In this document: positions 59,301 to 64,000 of the stretch, piece after piece
Position numbering within the stretch: position 1 is the stretch's first letter
How the letters are laid out: every line of letters starts with the position of its first letter
Assembly: GCA_951406725.2 (NCBI GenBank)
Contig: OX597843.1
Location: forward strand, 1,240,001-1,304,000
Direction of reading: 5' to 3'
From: Octopus vulgaris
Lineage: Eukaryota
Length of the DNA: 64,000 nucleotides
Program-made: the position numbers and the translations under genes
The notes under the pieces: generated by a model
Databases searched by the model: none
The model's input: only the letters and a program-made list of their open reading frames with translations
What the model was told of the DNA's origin: nothing

Positions 59301-62300
59301 ATAGCATCAACCACGCTCTGTGTATGTGTGTTCGTTCTGTCTGCATAGCATAAACACCAATCTGTCTGTGTACGTGTGTTCGTTCCGTAGACATAGCATC
59401 AACCACGCTCTGTGTACGTGTGTTCGTTCTGTTTGCATAGCATAAACATCAATCTGTCTGTGTACGTGTGTTCGTTCCGTAGACATAGCATCAACCACGC
59501 TCTGTGTATGTGTGTTCGTTCTGTTTGCATAGCATAAACATCAATCTGTCTGTGTACGTGTGTTCGTTCCGTAGACATAGCATCAACCACGCTCTGTGTA
59601 TGCGTGTTCGTTCTGTCTGCATAGCATAAACATCAATCTGTCTGTGTACGTGTGTTCGTTCCGTAGACATAGCATCAACCACGCTCTGTGTACGTGTGTT
59701 CGTTCTGTCTGCATAGCATCAACATCAATCTGTCTGTGTACGTGTGTTCGTTCCGTAGACATAGCATCAACCACGCTCTGTGTATGTGTGTTCGTTCTGT
59801 CTGCATAGCATAAACATAAATCTGTCTGTGTACGTGTGTTCGTTCCGTAGACATAGCATCAACCTCGCTCTGTGTATGTGTGTTCGTTCTGTCTGCATAG
59901 CATAAACATCAATCTGTCTGTGTACGTGTGTTCGTTCCGTAGACATAGCATCAACCACGCTCTGTGTATGTGTGTTCGTTCTGTCTGCATAGCATAAACA
60001 TCAATTTGTCTGTGTACGTGTGTTCGTTCCGTAGACATAGCATCAACCTCGCTCTGTGTACGTGTGTTCGTTCCGTAGACATAGCATCAACCACGCTCTG
60101 TGTACGTGTGTTCGTTCTGTCTGCATAGCATAAACATAAATCTGTCTGTGTACGTGTGTTCGTTCCGTAGACATAGCATCAACCTCGCTCCGTGTATGTG
60201 TGTTCGTTCTGTTTAGCATAGCATAAACATCAATCTGTCTGTGTACGTGTGTTCGTTCCGTCTACATAGCATCAACCACGCTCTGTGTATGTGTGTTCGT
60301 TCTGTCTGCATAGCATAAACATCAATCTGTCTGTGTACGTGTGTTCGTTCCGTAGACATAGCATCAACCACGCTCTGTGTATGTGTGTTCGTTCTGTCTG
60401 CATAGCATAAACATCAATCTGTCTGTGTACGTGTGTTCGTTCCGTAGACATAGCATCAACCACGCTCTGTGTATGTGTGTTCGTTCTGTCTGCATAGCAT
60501 AAACATCAATCTGTCTGTGTACGTGTGTTCGTTCCGTAGACATAGCATCAACCACGCTCTGTGTATGTGTGTTCGTTCTGTCTGCATAGCATAAACATCA
60601 ATCTGTCTGTGTACGTGTGTTCGTTCCGTAGACATAGCATCAACCACGCTCTGTGTATGTGTGTTCGTTCTGTCTGCATAGCATAAACATCAATCGCTCT
60701 GTGTACGTGTGTTCGTTCTGTTTACATAGCATCAACCTCGCTCTGTGTACGTGTGTGCGTTCCGTGTCTGCATAGCATAAACACCAATCTGTCTGTGTAC
60801 GTGTGTTCGTTCCGTAGACATAGCATCAACCTCGCTCTGTGTACGTGTGTTCGTTCTGTTTACATAGCATCAACCTCGCTCTGTGTACGTGTGTTCGTTC
60901 CGTAGACATAGCATCAACCTCGCTCTGTGTACGTGTGTTCGTTCTGTCTGCATAGCATAAACATCAATCTGTCTGTGTACGTGTGTTCGTTCCGTAGACA
61001 TAGCATCAACCACGCTCTGTGGACGTGTGTTCGTTCTGTCTGCATAGCATAAACATCAATCTGTCTGTGTACGTGTGTTCGTTCCGTAGACATAGCATCA
61101 ACCACGCTCTGTGTATGTGTGTTCGTTCTGTCTGCATAGCATAAACATCAATCTGTCTGTGTACGTGTGTTCGTTCCGTAGACATAGCATCAACCACGCT
61201 CTGTGTATGTGTGTTCGTTCTGTCTACATAGCATCAACCTCGCTCTGTGTACGTGTGTTCGTTCCGTAGACATAGCATCAACCTCGCTCTGTGTACGTGT
61301 GTTCGTTCTGTCTGCATAGCATAAACATCAATCTGTCTGTGTACGTGTGTTCGTTCCGTAGACATAGCATCAACCACGCTCTGTGTATGTGTGTTCGTTC
61401 TGTCTGCATAGCATAAACATCAATCTGTCTGTGTACGTGTGTTCGTTCCGTAGACATAGCATCAACCACGCTCTGTGTACGTGTGTTCGTTCTGTCTACA
61501 TAGCATCAACCTCGCTCTGTGTACGTGTGTTCGTTCCGTAGACATAGCATCAACCTCGCTCTGTGTAAGTGTGTTCGTTCTGTCTACATAGCATCAAACA
61601 TAAATCTGTCTGTGTACGTGTGTTCGTTCCGTAGACATAGCATCAACCACGCTCTGTGTATGTGTGTTCGTTCTGTCTGCATAGCATAAACATCAATCTG
61701 TCTGTGTACGTGTGTTCGTTCCGTAGACATAGCATCAACCACGCTCTGTGTACGTGTGTTCGTTCCGTAGACATAGCATCAATCTCGCTCTGTGTACGTG
61801 TGTTCGTTCCGTAGACATAGCATCAACCACGCTCTGTGTATGTGTGTTCGTTCTGTCTGCATAGCATAAACATCAATCTGTCTGTGTACGTGTGTTCGTT
61901 CCGTAGACATAGCATCAACCACGCTCTGTGTATGTGTGTTCGTTCTGTCTGCATAGCATAAACAACCACGCTCTGTGTACGTGTGTTCGTTCCGTAGACA
62001 TAGCATCAACCACGCTCTGTGTATGTGTGTTCGTTCTGTCTGCATAGCATAAACATCAATCTGTCTGTGTACGTGTGTTCGTTCCGTCTACATAGCATCA
62101 ACCACGCTCTGTGTACGTGTGTTCGTTCTGTCTGCATAGCATAAACATCAATCTGTCTGTGTACGTGTGTTCGTTCCGTAGACATAGCATCAACCACGCT
62201 CTGTGTATGTGTGTTCGTTCTGTCTGCATAGCATAAACATCAATCTGTCTGTGTACGTGTGTTCGTTCCGTAGACATAGCATCTACCTCGCTCTGTGTAC

Positions 62301-64000
62301 GTGTGTTCGTTCTGTCTACATAGCATAAGAATCACTCTGTCTGTGTACGTGTGTTCGTTCCGTAGACATAGCATCAACCACGCTCTGTGTATGTGTGTTC
62401 GTTCTGTCTGCATAGCATAAACATCAATCTGTCTGTGTACGTGTGTTCGTTCCGTTTACATAGCATCAACCACGCTCTGTGTAAGTGTGTTCGTTCCGTC
62501 TGACATAGCATCAACCTCGCTCTGTGTACGTGTGTTCGTTCCGTTTACATAGCATCAACCTCGCTCTGTGTACGTGTGTTCGTTCCGTTTACATAGCATA
62601 AACATCATTCTCTCTGTGTACGTGTGTTCGTTCCGTAGACATAGCATCAACCTCGCTCTGTGTACGTGTGTTCGTTCCGTCTGCATAGCATAAACACCAA
62701 TCTGTCTGTGTACGTGTGTTCGTTCCGTAGACATAGCATCAACCTCGCTCTGTGTACGTGTGTTCGTTCTGTTTGCATAGCATAAACGTTAATCTGTCTG
62801 TGTACGTGTGTTCGTTCCGTAGGCATAGCATCAACCACGCTCTGTGTACGTGTGTTCGTTCTGTCTGCATAGCATAAACATCAATCTGTCTGTGTACGTG
62901 TGTTCGTTCCGTTTACATAGCATCAACCTCGCTCTGTGTACGTGTGTTCGTTCCGTCTACATAGCATAAACATCAATCTGTCTGTGTACGTGTGTTCGTT
63001 CCGTGGACATAGCATCAACCACGCTCTGTGTACGTGTGTTCGTTCTGTCTGCATAGCATAAACATCAATCTGTCTGTGTACGTGTGTTCGTTCCGTGGAC
63101 ATAGCATCAACCACGCTCTGTGTACGTGTGTTCGTTCTGTCTGCATAGCATAAACACCAATCTGTCTGTGTATGTGTGTTCGTTCCGTGGACATAGCATC
63201 AACCACGCTCTGTGTACGTGTGTTCGTTCTGTCTGCATAGCATAAACGTCAATCTGTCTGTGTACGTGTGTTCGTTCCGTAGACATAGCATCAACCACGC
63301 TCTGTGTACGTGTGTTCGTTCTGTCTGCATAGCATAAACATCAATCTGTCTGTGTACGTGTGTTCGTTCCGTAGACATAGCATCAACCTCGCTCTGTGTA
63401 CGTGTGTTCGTTCCGTTTACATAGCATCAACATCATTCTCTCTGTGTACGTGTGTTCGTTCCGTAGACATAGCATCAACCTCGCTCTGTGTACGTGTGTT
63501 CGTTCCGTTTACATAGCATAAACATCAATCTGTCTGTGTACGTGTGTTCGTTCCGTAGACATAGCATCAACCACGCTCTGTGTACGTGTGTTCGTTCTGT
63601 TTGCATAGCATAAACATCAATCTGTCTGTGTACGTGTGTTCGTTCCGTAGACATAGCATCAACCACGCTCTGTGTACGTGTGTTCGTTCTGTTTGCATAG
63701 CATAAACATCAATCTGTCTGTGTACGTGTGTTCGTTCCGTTTACATAGCATCAACCACGCTCTGTGTACGTGTGTTCGTTCTGTTTGCATAGCATAAACA
63801 TCAATCTGTCTGTGTACGTGTGTTCGTTCCGTAGACATAGCATCAACCACGCTCTGTGTATGTGTGTTCGTTCTGTCTGCATAGCATAAACATCAATCTG
63901 TCTGTGTACGTGTGTTCGTTCCGTAGACATAGCATCAACCACGCTCTGTGTACGTGTGTTCGTTCTGTTTGCATAGCATCCACATCAATCTGTCTGTGTA
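56363..64000. repeat. Satellite array, right part: 44-bp monomers, then a 92-bp (44+48) higher-order repeat from ~57740; runs off the window end
   Basis: Alternating ...ATCAACCACG and ...ATAAACATCAATCTGT monomers; spurious ORFs recur every 92 bp. Confidence 0.97.

Noticed and set aside
49225-64000. CRISPR-like array, or a repeated 63-aa ORF family (MVDAMSTERTH...)
   Set aside because: Units are contiguous with no unique spacers and no cas genes; the ORFs are by-products of the 92-bp periodicity.

Overview
This is AT-rich animal genomic DNA dense in microsatellites and SINEs. The repeat landscape suggests an octopod cephalopod (inference). It has three parts. (1) A + strand RBM39/CAPER splicing-factor gene: 9 coding exons at 23462-41484 splice in frame to about 602 aa (RS domain, RRM1, RRM2, Ala/Gly-rich linker, UHM). 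The N-terminal exons were not found, so 1-23461 is probably intronic. (2) Introns and flanks packed with at least five SINE-like families, RTE/CR1 LINE relics, hAT/piggyBac/Helitron non-autonomous elements, foldback palindromes, several Penelope-type minimal hammerhead-like motifs, and a full-length U6 snRNA copy fused to a retroposon 3' tail. (3) From about 49225 to the end, a 44/48-bp satellite that shifts to a 92-bp higher-order repeat and is interrupted by a near-intact 5.1-kb Tx1-type L1-clade retrotransposon (51249-56362, minus strand). The strongest observation is that this Tx1 element shares about 70 nt of its 3' end with one SINE family (family C here). The target duplications of that SINE all begin with A-R-R-T-A-T, and the LINE sits at the related ACGTAC motif of the satellite. 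Together these suggest a LINE-SINE pair with a target-sequence preference. All calls were made by eye, and repeat boundaries are approximate.
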